IMG/VR virus record: IMGVR_UViG_3300031867_005677
Location: 11,990 to 75,989 of that record
Length of the DNA: 64,000 bases
Strand: one strand, 5' to 3'
Origin: a virus
Lineage: Duplodnaviria > Caudoviricetes
Shown: piece after piece, positions 10,501-19,884 of the stretch
Layout of the letters: each line of letters begins with the position of its first letter
How positions within the stretch are numbered: the stretch's first letter is position 1
Made by a program: the position numbers and the translations under genes
Notes under the pieces: model-generated
What the model was told of the DNA's origin: nothing
Databases searched by the model: none
What the model saw: only the letters and a program-made list of their open reading frames with translations

Positions 10501-10932
10501 ATGGAAAGTTTAGAGAATATAAAGAACAATAATCAAGATTTATATGAGAAATTACAAAAATATAATTGTAAGATGACATATAATAATAAGGTTATCTATG
10601 AAGGTATTTATAAAGAAGATATTGATTATGGAAAATATAATCAATCAAATATTGTTTGTGAATTTAATATAAATGATAATAAGGTATTATTACTTCTTAA
10701 GAATAATGAAAATATAGATAAACTTAATAAACTTTTTGAAAATAAACAATTTAATGATATTTATAATGATGCTAAATTATTTAATAAAGCAATGAATTTA
10801 GCAAATAAACTCCCATTATATAATTTTGATAAAGAATTATTTGAAAATAATATCAATAAAGATATTAAGAAATATGGAATTAATTTCCAAAAAATTTATG
10901 AAAATTTAAACATCAATGAATACAATAAATAA
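10501..10932 (+). CDS. Hypothetical protein
   Basis: 143-aa ORF in a tight operon. Confidence 0.55.
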   Translation: MESLENIKNNNQDLYEKLQKYNCKMTYNNKVIYEGIYKEDIDYGKYNQSNIVCEFNINDNKVLLLLKNNENIDKLNKLFENKQFNDIYNDAKLFNKAMNLANKLPLYNFDKELFENNINKDIKKYGINFQKIYENLNINEYNK

Positions 10933-11287
10933 TTTTATAATAGAAAAACTTAAGGTTAATTCTAAATCAAAAATTCATGATGAAGAATTTTATGAAAAGA
11001 CTTCTACCGATTTATTAGTTGAGATTCAAAATGAAGTTGATAAAGATGGAGAATATCATACTTATAGTTTTAAAGATGGCCAAAAGAAATTCAAGAAAGG
11101 ATTTTTGACATTCAATGAAGATGGTGAATATTTAACTATTATAGCTTTTAATACAGCTGAAGATTTTGCTAATATGCTTGGAGCAGATGAAGATGCATAC
11201 AAACAATATGAAAATGTTAAAGTTGGTGGTTATATAGATTGGGGCGAAAATGATGGTTCAACTTCACAAATATTAAGAATTTGGTAA
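10916..11287 (+). CDS. Putative internal head protein with EKLKV tag
   Basis: MNTINNFIIEKLKVNSKSKIH; acidic remainder. Confidence 0.6.
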   Translation: MNTINNFIIEKLKVNSKSKIHDEEFYEKTSTDLLVEIQNEVDKDGEYHTYSFKDGQKKFKKGFLTFNEDGEYLTIIAFNTAEDFANMLGADEDAYKQYENVKVGGYIDWGENDGSTSQILRIW

Positions 11288-11288
11288 T

Positions 11289-11648
11289 ATGAAAGATATA
11301 GATTATTTTATACAAGAAAAGCTTAAAGTTAATTCTAAATCAAAAATTAATAAAAATGAACCTTTAGAAGCAGATGAAATTGAAGGTCCTGAAACTCCTG
11401 GTAAAGATTATTTTGATGAAGATGTAGTTATTATAGGTTGGCCATTTAAAGATAAAAATGACCAAAATTATAAAAAAACAAAAGAATATATTAGAAAAGA
11501 AGGATATTCAATTTATAATGATTTAGAAGATATCGAAGATAAAGATATGTGGGATTATTTCTGTTATGCACAACATCCTAATGATGGATTTGAAATAAAT
11601 TGTTATGTATATGGTTCTGAAGGAGTAGAAGGTTATAGTGAAAAATAA
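11289..11648 (+). CDS. Putative internal head protein with EKLKV tag
   Basis: MKDIDYFIQEKLKVNSKSKIN; strongly acidic remainder. Confidence 0.6.
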   Translation: MKDIDYFIQEKLKVNSKSKINKNEPLEADEIEGPETPGKDYFDEDVVIIGWPFKDKNDQNYKKTKEYIRKEGYSIYNDLEDIEDKDMWDYFCYAQHPNDGFEINCYVYGSEGVEGYSEK

Positions 11649-11662
11649 TATTAATTTATAAT

Positions 11663-11857
11663 ATGAAAGATATAGTTACAAAAATATATGAATCTAATGA
11701 ATGGAATCCTTCATTAAATTCTCATAAACAAGCATATAATAATTTTATCAAATGGTATGATAAATGCCTTAAACATATGAATAAAGAAGAAATACTTGAT
11801 TTAATTGAATCTGCTATAAAAGAGATTGAAGATGATTCATTAGATATAATTAAATAA
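11663..11857 (+). CDS. Small hypothetical protein, putative capsid-targeted
   Basis: MKDIVTKIYES. Confidence 0.5.
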   Translation: MKDIVTKIYESNEWNPSLNSHKQAYNNFIKWYDKCLKHMNKEEILDLIESAIKEIEDDSLDIIK

Positions 11858-11858
11858 T

Positions 11859-12302
11859 ATGAAAAAAATAAATGAATATATTTTAGAATCTAATAAATCT
11901 GTTAATATATTAATAGATAGAGAAAAAGTTAATAAATATAATTTTTCTCGTAAAGAATATGCATTAATTAAATATTTAATTGATAATAATGATTCTTTAA
12001 GATCAAGAATTTATGTAGTAGAAGGAAATAAAAAATCAAATATTGATGAAATCGAAGAATATAGAGATTTAATTCCTGAAGACGAAAGAGGTATATTGTT
12101 TGTTTATCAAGAATCTACTAGAATGGGAGCACCTAAAGAAGCTGTATTTTATAGTATTTCTAAAATAAAAGAAACTAAAGAAAAAGAAACTTTTGTATAT
12201 TCTTATCATACAGAAGGTAAATCTAAATATAAGTCTGCAATTATAACTATAACCGGTAATAATTCAGAATTAACTTTATCTGAAACAGATATTAAATATT
12301 AA
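11859..12302 (+). CDS. Hypothetical protein, putative capsid-targeted
   Basis: MKKINEYILES. Confidence 0.55.
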   Translation: MKKINEYILESNKSVNILIDREKVNKYNFSRKEYALIKYLIDNNDSLRSRIYVVEGNKKSNIDEIEEYRDLIPEDERGILFVYQESTRMGAPKEAVFYSISKIKETKEKETFVYSYHTEGKSKYKSAIITITGNNSELTLSETDIKY

Positions 12303-12322
12303 AGAATATAATATTAATAATT

Positions 12323-12607
12323 ATGGAGAATATAGATAAGTTTATTAATAATGATCAAATAACGGAAGAATTAACATATGATGATGTAATTCAAAAGTTA
12401 CAAGAGGCAAAAGAAGCTGGTACACCTATTGATGAAGGTATATTAGGTGCTATTGGAGGAGCTCTTCTTGGAGCATCATTTGGTCCTAAATTAGGTAATG
12501 CAATATGTGGGGCATTAGGTATTGATCCTAAAGGAGCTTTAGGTAGTCTTATGACTTCACGATTAGTTTTAGGATCTATTGGTGCTAAAATGGGATGGAA
12601 ATTATAA
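12323..12607 (+). CDS. Glycine-zipper membrane-active peptide precursor
   Basis: Acidic 38-aa N-terminus ending PIDE, followed by GILGAIGGALLGASFG...GALGSL...LGSIGAKMG. Confidence 0.6.
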   Translation: MENIDKFINNDQITEELTYDDVIQKLQEAKEAGTPIDEGILGAIGGALLGASFGPKLGNAICGALGIDPKGALGSLMTSRLVLGSIGAKMGWKL

Positions 12608-12625
12608 TATATTAAATACATAAAT

Positions 12626-13795
12626 ATGAAAAGTTTATTTAATTATTTTTTAGAATCAAAAGAAGATGGTAAATATTTAGATTTACCACAATCAATGAAT
12701 AAACCATTTTTCTATCCAGGCATACCTAAAAGTACAAAAGATGAAATGAAGAATAAATATAAAGAATATGAAGAGTCAGTAATTAAGATAAATACAGAGA
12801 ATTTTGAAATTCTTGTTGATAAACTTAAAACTGCAATGGCTTCTAAAAAAGGACATAATAACTTTATTCTTAATGCTCAAAATTGTACATTTGATAATTT
12901 CTATGGAAAAGATGAAAATGGTAATAAAGATTTCTTTGATTTTGTAGAAAAGGCTACAAAAGAAGCAAGAATTGCATTAGAAACAGATGATATAAAAGCT
13001 GCAAGTTTTACAAAAGCACGTCAACCAGAAAAAAGAAATTCATGGGATAAAGATGTTACATTATTTTGGTGGGATTCTCAAGGGTTTACATTTTCTATTT
13101 ATCTTGCATTAAGTGTTATTGCACAAGCTTATAATGTTAATATCCCTAAATTTAATGATAAATTTAATATTTTAAAAACTGATACCGTCGATAGTAAATA
13201 TCAACAAATGTGGGATCAAACATCTAAACCTAGCAATGATGAGAAAAGAGAAGCAAAATCAACTAAAGTTTATAAAAAGGCTGAAGAAGAATATGAAAAG
13301 GATTCTAAGAAAATAAAGAAATTACGTGAAGCATTTAGAAAAACAGATTTATATAAAGATATTATTGCAATATTAGATAAAGTTGAAGATGACTTAGAGG
13401 CAACAGAACAAAACTATAAGAAATGGGAAAAGATATTTGCAGAAAAAATAAAGAAAGATGATGAAGCTAAAAAACTAGCTGATGCTATTGAAAAGATTAA
13501 AGATGATGTTCAAAAGGTCTTAGAAAAATCATTCGGTAGTTATTCTCGAATATCTTGGGGTGTTGATAATCTTTATAAATTAGCTGCTAAAGCTTATTTA
13601 GAATCTGACAATAAAATGCCCGAAATTAAAGAATTATCTCATAATACTGGTAGTTGGCTTTCAGGAATGCATACAACATGTGAATTTGAAGTTATTGGGG
13701 CCAATGGAACATCTTATGGAAAAGTTAAATTACAAGATAAAGGATTAGATGGAGATGATGGCAAACCTGTAGATGGATTTGGCCCTTGGGATTAA
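12626..13795 (+). CDS. Hypothetical protein, putative capsid-targeted
   Basis: MKSLFNYFLES; K/E-rich helical middle. Confidence 0.55.
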   Translation: MKSLFNYFLESKEDGKYLDLPQSMNKPFFYPGIPKSTKDEMKNKYKEYEESVIKINTENFEILVDKLKTAMASKKGHNNFILNAQNCTFDNFYGKDENGNKDFFDFVEKATKEARIALETDDIKAASFTKARQPEKRNSWDKDVTLFWWDSQGFTFSIYLALSVIAQAYNVNIPKFNDKFNILKTDTVDSKYQQMWDQTSKPSNDEKREAKSTKVYKKAEEEYEKDSKKIKKLREAFRKTDLYKDIIAILDKVEDDLEATEQNYKKWEKIFAEKIKKDDEAKKLADAIEKIKDDVQKVLEKSFGSYSRISWGVDNLYKLAAKAYLESDNKMPEIKELSHNTGSWLSGMHTTCEFEVIGANGTSYGKVKLQDKGLDGDDGKPVDGFGPWD

Positions 13796-13858
13796 CTCTA
13801 GTTAAATTTCAAAAAAAATTACATAAATATTTATTCATAATAAAAATATTTATTATTA

Positions 13859-13866
13859 TATAAATA
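13859..13866 (+). promoter_or_regulatory. T4-type late promoter box TATAAATA
   Basis: Exact TATAAATA ending 53 nt before the ATG at 13920; a chance match is possible in AT-rich DNA. Confidence 0.4.
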
Positions 13867-13919
13867 ATTATGTTAATGCATAATTTATTATTAATAGAAA
13901 AATACCAAATAAAATAGAT

Positions 13920-15404
13920 ATGAACGTAAAATTACTTAAAGACCTGGATTTCGTAGCTAAGATTAATGAATGTCAAGCAGTTTCTGAAGCAGGTAAAGAA
14001 TTAGTAAAGAACTACAAGGCATATTTGTTTACAAATCCTGCATCTTGTGGTATCGTAAATGGCTTCGTACAAGAAGCACAAAAATATAGCTTCGATACAG
14101 GTTTAGCTAGTATTTTAGAGTCTGTATTAGGTTTTATAAAGGAAAATAATATTTCTTGGCAATTAGCAAGTGCTTGTGAATCAATTGAAAATAACAAGTC
14201 AACATATAATTATATTGCTAAGACAGGTGTAGAACAAGTAAGTAAACTTCTTGAAATGGATGAATCACAAGTTGTTTCTTATATTAAGAGTGGAGCTCTT
14301 AAAGGTGTTCAATATATTCCTGAATTCCGCCAAGTATGTAAACAAGTATTCAAATCGGCAATTACAGAAGCAATGGCTCCTAATTATACATTAGTTAATC
14401 CTATTTCTTATGTATATGAAAATGAAGAAGGAGATAAATATTTTGAAGTATTACATAAAACATATAAGACAAATAAAGAACAAACTAAAGTTTCTGAAGC
14501 TGTATGTGATGATGTAAAATTCAGAAATATCAATGCATTACTTGAATCTTTCACAAATGATGAAGGTACTCTTTCTTATGCTTGGAAATCTGGTTTTGAT
14601 GGTTGTCAAGTTGTAATTAAAGAAGCTGAAGATAAAACAACTCTTACATTCACTAAAGGACAAAAGATTAATGAAACATTTGAAGATGCAACAAAATTCA
14701 ATGAATATTGTGATACTCTTTCTAAAGCATTAGGTATGAATGAAAGATTACAATTCATGAATATTACAAATGCAATTGGTCAAGTATTTGAAGCTATGGA
14801 TCATGTATTCATTATGGATTGTGCAAAAGTTCTTAGAACATCTACCGGAGTTATTTGTACAATTGTTGAAAGTAAAGATAATGTTACCATGAGTGTTAAT
14901 GCTTCTATTCATAATGGTACATATACAAAGGATTTTGATTATATGACAGAAGCTCTTAAAGAAGTAACAGCTGTATCTGGTATTGATCTTAAGCATATTT
15001 ATGAAGAAAGAATTAATGAAGATGTTAAGAAACAAAACCCAGATGAATATAAGAATATTCAAGAAGAATTAGCTGCTCAAAAATCTCAACAAATGGATGC
15101 TCGTAAGAAGAAAATTGCTACATTAGCTGAACAATATAAGAATGATCCTGCTATTATTGCTGTTCTTAATAAAGCCGCTCGTGATTTAGCTCTTTTAGAA
15201 AATTCAGATAAGACTCACGAAGATGCAATGAAGAAACAACAAGAAGAAGCAGAAAAGAAAGCTAAAGAAGCTCAAGCTAAACAAGAGGAAGAAGCTAAGA
15301 AAGCTGAAGAAGAAGCTGCTAAGAAAGCTGAAGAAGAAAAGAAAAAACAAGAAGAAGCTGCTAAGAAAGCTGAAGAAGAAGCAAAGAAAGCGGCTCAAAA
15401 ATAA
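13920..15404 (+). CDS. Putative prohead core/scaffold protein
   Basis: Many (I/L/V)xE sites (KINE, ILES, ITEA, LLES, IVES, RINE); helical; K/E/A-rich tail. Confidence 0.4.
   Translation: MNVKLLKDLDFVAKINECQAVSEAGKELVKNYKAYLFTNPASCGIVNGFVQEAQKYSFDTGLASILESVLGFIKENNISWQLASACESIENNKSTYNYIAKTGVEQVSKLLEMDESQVVSYIKSGALKGVQYIPEFRQVCKQVFKSAITEAMAPNYTLVNPISYVYENEEGDKYFEVLHKTYKTNKEQTKVSEAVCDDVKFRNINALLESFTNDEGTLSYAWKSGFDGCQVVIKEAEDKTTLTFTKGQKINETFEDATKFNEYCDTLSKALGMNERLQFMNITNAIGQVFEAMDHVFIMDCAKVLRTSTGVICTIVESKDNVTMSVNASIHNGTYTKDFDYMTEALKEVTAVSGIDLKHIYEERINEDVKKQNPDEYKNIQEELAAQKSQQMDARKKKIATLAEQYKNDPAIIAVLNKAARDLALLENSDKTHEDAMKKQQEEAEKKAKEAQAKQEEEAKKAEEEAAKKAEEEKKKQEEAAKKAEEEAKKAAQK
15240..15400 (+). 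repeat. Low-complexity tandem repeat (aagaaagctgaagaagaa; AKKAEEE)
   Basis: Several near-identical units in the C-terminal coding region. Confidence 0.85.
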
Positions 15405-15436
15405 AATAATTAGCTACAGATAAATTTTAATATAAT

Positions 15437-15466
15437 AAAATGGAAAGCTTAAGCTTTCCATTTTTT
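15437..15466. terminator. Bidirectional terminator between convergent blocks
   Basis: aaaatggaaagc-ttaa-gctttccatttt is a perfect inverted repeat. Confidence 0.9.
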
Positions 15467-15494
15467 ATTTAAATATTGAATATATTTTCAAGTT

Positions 15495-15980
15495 TTAAAT
15501 ACACTCTTTAATAAATTCAAAGAAATATGGAGGATGGTACATGTATGTATTTGGATTTTCTTTTTCAAAATTTTCTGACCATTTACTGCATTTTTCTTTA
15601 TTGTTAATTAGTTTCCAGCCATTTGGCAAAACTGCTTTTCCGAAGCCTTCTGGTGTAGTTTTCCAATGTCCAATCCAAAATGCTAAGAAATCGTATAACT
15701 TAGAATGTAATGTTACATCATATTTTGTAATTCCCAAAAATGCTTCATCTCTAAACAATTTCAATTTCATATCAGTTGCATTTCTTATTGCTCCTGGATT
15801 TGTATTTTTATCGGTATCATATTGTATAAAGTTACATGCAGGTTCAAATTTATCACTAAAAATGCAACTATCATACTTTAAACAATTCTTATTATTATCA
15901 AGCGAGCATTGGCCACCTTCACCACTATTCCAATTTTCAAAGTGGATGCATTTTCTTTTCATTTCATTTGTTAATACCAT
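15495..15980 (-). CDS. Hypothetical protein with Cys-rich N-terminus
   Basis: 161-aa ORF collinear with the minus-strand block. Confidence 0.55.
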   Translation of the reverse strand: MVLTNEMKRKCIHFENWNSGEGGQCSLDNNKNCLKYDSCIFSDKFEPACNFIQYDTDKNTNPGAIRNATDMKLKLFRDEAFLGITKYDVTLHSKLYDFLAFWIGHWKTTPEGFGKAVLPNGWKLINNKEKCSKWSENFEKENPNTYMYHPPYFFEFIKECI

Positions 15981-15992
15981 AACATAATTTAT

Positions 15993-16964
15993 TTATAACC
16001 ATTTTGTATCTTTACCAAATTCTTCATCATCTGAAGCTTTATGTTTTACTTGATAATTGAATAATTCCATTTTATTACATTTCTTCCAATCATCATAATT
16101 TGTATATCCTAATATTGAACCTATAAATACAGAAGGACATTTAGAATATTCAATATTTGAATTTATTACTTCTTGTAATTCATCATCATTATATTTATTT
16201 TGTTCAAATGTCTCATTTAATTCTTTATATTGATCATTCTCTAAATGACGTTCTCTATATCGTTTTATCTGTATTGTTATAAATTGATTTATAAAATCCC
16301 AATTTCTATTTTTATTTCCATACACACAAAGCTTATGATTATTAGGTTGTTCATCAGGTACACATTTATACCAACCATGCTTATATCCTTTAATATAATC
16401 AAGATAATCTTTTCCTTGTTTTATCCAATAAGTATTAAGAATATTTCCTATTAACCAATCATCACATTTCTCTAAATATAAATAACTTAGTCCTTCAGTT
16501 AAAATAATATTAATTAATTTCTTAGATAGAATCATCCCATTACCACGCCCATATAGATAAAGTGGATAAGGACAAAATGAATTACTTAATGAATATAAAT
16601 CTGAAGTCCATAATATTTCATCATTATCTAATTGTTGTATAAATTGATTTAATAATACTACATTAATATAAGTTGATGTATTAGTTCTAAATATATAATC
16701 ATAATCATATATTTTATTAGCTAATTTAAAAGCATAATATGTTTTTTTGAATGTGTTCTTAATATCATCTTCACACCTTAAAGATAATAAATGTTGTTCC
16801 TTATCATATTTATGCTTAGGTATATTAGGATCTCCTCTATAAATTATATAATCTATATTATCAAATTGGTTTAATTGTTTTATCCATGTTTCTTTAATTA
16901 TTTGTTCTTGTCCAATAAAAAAATCATCATTACAAGACATCACAGTGATTAAAATTTTTTTCAT
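15993..16964 (-). CDS. Glycosyltransferase (GT31/galactosyltransferase-like, GT-A fold)
   Basis: ILITVMSC...IKETW, DDIKNTFKKTY, YDYIFRTNTSTYIN, GRGNGMILS, DDWLIG. Confidence 0.7.
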   Translation of the reverse strand: MKKILITVMSCNDDFFIGQEQIIKETWIKQLNQFDNIDYIIYRGDPNIPKHKYDKEQHLLSLRCEDDIKNTFKKTYYAFKLANKIYDYDYIFRTNTSTYINVVLLNQFIQQLDNDEILWTSDLYSLSNSFCPYPLYLYGRGNGMILSKKLINIILTEGLSYLYLEKCDDWLIGNILNTYWIKQGKDYLDYIKGYKHGWYKCVPDEQPNNHKLCVYGNKNRNWDFINQFITIQIKRYRERHLENDQYKELNETFEQNKYNDDELQEVINSNIEYSKCPSVFIGSILGYTNYDDWKKCNKMELFNYQVKHKASDDEEFGKDTKWL

Positions 16965-17014
16965 AATATATGTTTTATCATTTTTTATATTTAAATTAAC
17001 CTGTGGGCACAGGA

Positions 17015-17641
17015 TTAAACACAGGCATTATTATTTAGTTCTTTAAAATATGTACAAATCCAATAAGCATCAGCTATATCATCAATTTTAGGTAATAAGG
17101 CAATTTCTTTATAAGCAGTTTTAAATAATCCAACCATTACATCTTTAGAGCAATTACCATTTCCACTTGCAAATTTCTTTATTTCACCTGGTGTAAATAT
17201 TTTAAGTTCACCAACATTATCTTGGTGTGATTTAAATAATTTATATAATCTATAACGAATAAGTGTTGATAATCCGGCAAGATCTAATAATGATTTTGTT
17301 TGACTTGATTGATAAGAAACTCCTTCCATACCAATATAAACCCTATCTAATGGTGAAGATATACTTGATTTAACAATATTCAATATATTATCAGTTATCA
17401 AAATATTATTAAGTAATTTACCCCATTCAAATTCATCATTATTTTCAGATTCTGATTTTTCTTTCTTATCATAAAAAACATAATCAAAATTATCTAAAGT
17501 TTGTGAATAAACTAAAGCTTTTTTAGTAACTTTATTAGTGATAATATAAAAATGTTCTTTAATTAATTTATTATCTTCACATAATTTTACACATATACCA
17601 GTACTATTAATAGATTGGTCAATACCTATATAAATTTTCAC
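17015..17641 (-). CDS. ruvC: RuvC-like Holliday junction resolvase
   Basis: IGIDQSINSTG, IGMEG, P.EIKKFASGNGN.SK, DDIADAY; GTG start. Confidence 0.85.
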   Translation of the reverse strand: MKIYIGIDQSINSTGICVKLCEDNKLIKEHFYIITNKVTKKALVYSQTLDNFDYVFYDKKEKSESENNDEFEWGKLLNNILITDNILNIVKSSISSPLDRVYIGMEGVSYQSSQTKSLLDLAGLSTLIRYRLYKLFKSHQDNVGELKIFTPGEIKKFASGNGNCSKDVMVGLFKTAYKEIALLPKIDDIADAYWICTYFKELNNNACV

Positions 17642-17681
17642 TTTTTTATAAAAAAAATATATTTAATTTTTAAAATAGTAA

Positions 17682-17711
17682 AAGCCCAGTATACTATTTA
17701 CTGAGCCTTCT
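17682..17711 (-). terminator. Possible imperfect terminator hairpin
   Basis: aagcccagta...tactgagcctt, at the end of the 17698 gene. Confidence 0.35.
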
Positions 17712-18105
17712 TTTTATTATATGATTTTTTATATTGTGTTGGTTTAATATTTAACCCATATTTCATTAAAAACTCATTTGATGAATTTGAACATTTAATA
17801 GGGCCAAATCTATAAAGATTATAAAATATCTTATCTAATTTTTTCTTATATTCTATTCTTTGACGAGGTGTCCATTGATATTTTTCAAACCAATTATCAG
17901 TTTTACTTAATTTAATAATTTCTTTATCAGATATATCATTCTTAATATATCTAAACATTCCAATTATTAATGAATAAATTAAAGATTTAGAAACAATATC
18001 AATTTCTTCATCATCAAAATCTTTGGTCATTAAATCTTGTAAATTATAAGTCTTGGGATCTTTCATATTAATTAAGTTTACTATATTGTTCAGAAATACG
18101 TTCAA
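17698..18105 (-). CDS. Hypothetical protein
   Basis: 135-aa ORF. Confidence 0.55.
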   Translation of the reverse strand: MNVFLNNIVNLINMKDPKTYNLQDLMTKDFDDEEIDIVSKSLIYSLIIGMFRYIKNDISDKEIIKLSKTDNWFEKYQWTPRQRIEYKKKLDKIFYNLYRFGPIKCSNSSNEFLMKYGLNIKPTQYKKSYNKKKAQ

Positions 18106-18319
18106 GAAATTTATTACAATTTTCTATTAATAATTGCGCTTCATCCCTAATTTTAATTACATCATTAAAATCTTGTTCATAACATAAAGTATTGAAATAA
18201 TCATTAGTATTTATTCTTTCTTCAATTCGATATTTTATTAAATGTCTAAAATGCATTAAATTACTTAATGATTTATCAAATATTTTTTTAAGCCATTTAT
18301 CTACACAATTACCTTCCAT
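18068..18319 (-). CDS. Hypothetical protein
   Basis: 83-aa ORF; start coupled to the upstream stop. Confidence 0.5.
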   Translation of the reverse strand: MEGNCVDKWLKKIFDKSLSNLMHFRHLIKYRIEERINTNDYFNTLCYEQDFNDVIKIRDEAQLLIENCNKFLERISEQYSKLN

Positions 18320-18648
18320 TATTTCATATATAAAACTTCCTTACCATAAGTTTCAGCTGTAAATTTTTCAACCTTACAACCTTTTGAATTTTCCCATCCA
18401 GGACACATTAGAATTGCATCACATAATATTACTTGCTCAATATCTCTACCCATATAATATGCAGTACGTTCAATTGCTAAATGATTACCTAATGCTTCTT
18501 CATCAATTTGATTTGCATCTATTGGTGAAACATAATCATAATTATGATAATTTATTTGCAAATAAGTTTTAGCACATTCATTACGTTTATATACTGTATC
18601 TTCTTGAAATGCTATTGGTAATGATATATAAATCTTCTTTTTATTCAT
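18319..18648 (-). CDS. DUF4406 / nucleoside 2-deoxyribosyltransferase-like protein
   Basis: KIYISLPI ... CDAILMCPGWENSKGCKVE...A...GK. Confidence 0.75.
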   Translation of the reverse strand: MNKKKIYISLPIAFQEDTVYKRNECAKTYLQINYHNYDYVSPIDANQIDEEALGNHLAIERTAYYMGRDIEQVILCDAILMCPGWENSKGCKVEKFTAETYGKEVLYMK

Positions 18649-18869
18649 AGTTGACTATAACTTGATACTATTTTTTCAGGAATGTGTTTAAATAAACATT
18701 CTTCTTTCTTTGGACCCCATTCTTCTACCATTATATCATATGAAACATCAGAAGGATCTTCAAATGTCCCATAAGCATCTACAATATAAACTTTACCATG
18801 AAATAACCCTTCATTATCCAACATAAATTGGACCGAATCTCCAATTTTAAATTTTGGTTTACCTCTCAT
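18645..18869 (-). CDS. Small SH3-like hypothetical protein
   Basis: KPKFKIGDSV...G.V...YDI pattern. Confidence 0.55.
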   Translation of the reverse strand: MRGKPKFKIGDSVQFMLDNEGLFHGKVYIVDAYGTFEDPSDVSYDIMVEEWGPKKEECLFKHIPEKIVSSYSQL

Positions 18870-18874
18870 AATTA

Positions 18875-19102
18875 TTAAAATGAAAATATTGTTGAACCTA
18901 ATTTTATTTTTTGTACTTCTTTATTAATAACTTCATTATCATAAATAATTTCAGTTACTAATTCACCATCTACTAAAGAATGTGGCAAAGTAATAGTTGT
19001 CTTAATTTTTAAATTTTCTTTTATTTCCTTTTTTATTATATTTAGAATATATTGATTAATTTTAGGAGAAATTTCTCCATCATTATTTACAAAACTTAAC
19101 AC
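18875..19102 (-). CDS. Hypothetical protein
   Basis: 75-aa ORF, GTG start. Confidence 0.45.
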   Translation of the reverse strand: MLSFVNNDGEISPKINQYILNIIKKEIKENLKIKTTITLPHSLVDGELVTEIIYDNEVINKEVQKIKLGSTIFSF

Positions 19103-19198
19103 ACTATTATAACAAATATTTTTATTAAAATAGTTAAATTATAAAAATTTATTTATGCCTATTTAAGTTTGTTAACATTTCTATATAATTTTTATTAT

Positions 19199-19465
19199 CT
19201 AATTAGTAATAGGAGCCCAATCATATTCATTAAGGAAAAAATTAATTAAATCTTTATGTTTTCTATTAAGGATCCAATTATCTTCTTTCCAATTTATTTT
19301 AAATCTATCCTCATTAAAAAAGTATGTCCCAGTTAATTTACATACTTTTTTCTTATGGGCATTAATTCGATAAAGAGAACAACATAAATTATCCTCTTTA
19401 TCAAATTTTGTCGGCTGAAAAATATATTTACCTGACCTAATTGAATTTGTCTTACTTCTTATCAT
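19199..19465 (-). CDS. Hypothetical protein (ends in TAG)
   Basis: 88-aa ORF. Confidence 0.5.
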   Translation of the reverse strand: MIRSKTNSIRSGKYIFQPTKFDKEDNLCCSLYRINAHKKKVCKLTGTYFFNEDRFKINWKEDNWILNRKHKDLINFFLNEYDWAPITN

Positions 19466-19787
19466 AATCAGACATTTTAATAGTATATGTAGAATTCATA
19501 TAAGGATTAAGCATAGGACCAAAACACCAAATGTTATCTTTATAACCGACATAAAAAGTATTTCCGTTCTCATTATCAGTTACCTTAAATGCAATCTTGT
19601 TATCCATAAGATGCTTACCAGTAATCTTACGAGCTACATCAAGTACTGCTTCAAAAAATTCCTTTATTGAAGGATCTCCATGAGTTCCATTAAACCCATT
19701 AAGTTCATATTCATCTGTTCTATTGATTACACAACAAGGATATGAAAAAAATTCAAGTACTGTAAAACGATTTGGATCAAACTTCAT
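19452..19787 (-). CDS. Hypothetical protein
   Basis: 111-aa ORF just downstream of a promoter motif. Confidence 0.55.
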   Translation of the reverse strand: MKFDPNRFTVLEFFSYPCCVINRTDEYELNGFNGTHGDPSIKEFFEAVLDVARKITGKHLMDNKIAFKVTDNENGNTFYVGYKDNIWCFGPMLNPYMNSTYTIKMSDYDKK

Positions 19788-19806
19788 ATTTTTTCTATTT
19801 TTAATT

Positions 19807-19842
19807 ACATAAATAATATAGTAAATTTAATATAAAATTCAA
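19807..19842 (-). promoter_or_regulatory. Early/middle promoter TTGAAT-N16-TATATT(ATTTATG)
   Basis: Same spacing and boxes as five other minus-strand copies. Confidence 0.7.
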
Positions 19843-19884
19843 TTTATTATAGATAATTCTAATTTATTTATTATGATAAAATAA

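Noticed and set aside
19172-19201. TAG read-through extensions of the 19199 and 54121 genes
   Set aside because: A TAA follows within about 9 codons, as expected by chance in AT-rich DNA, so these cases are uninformative.
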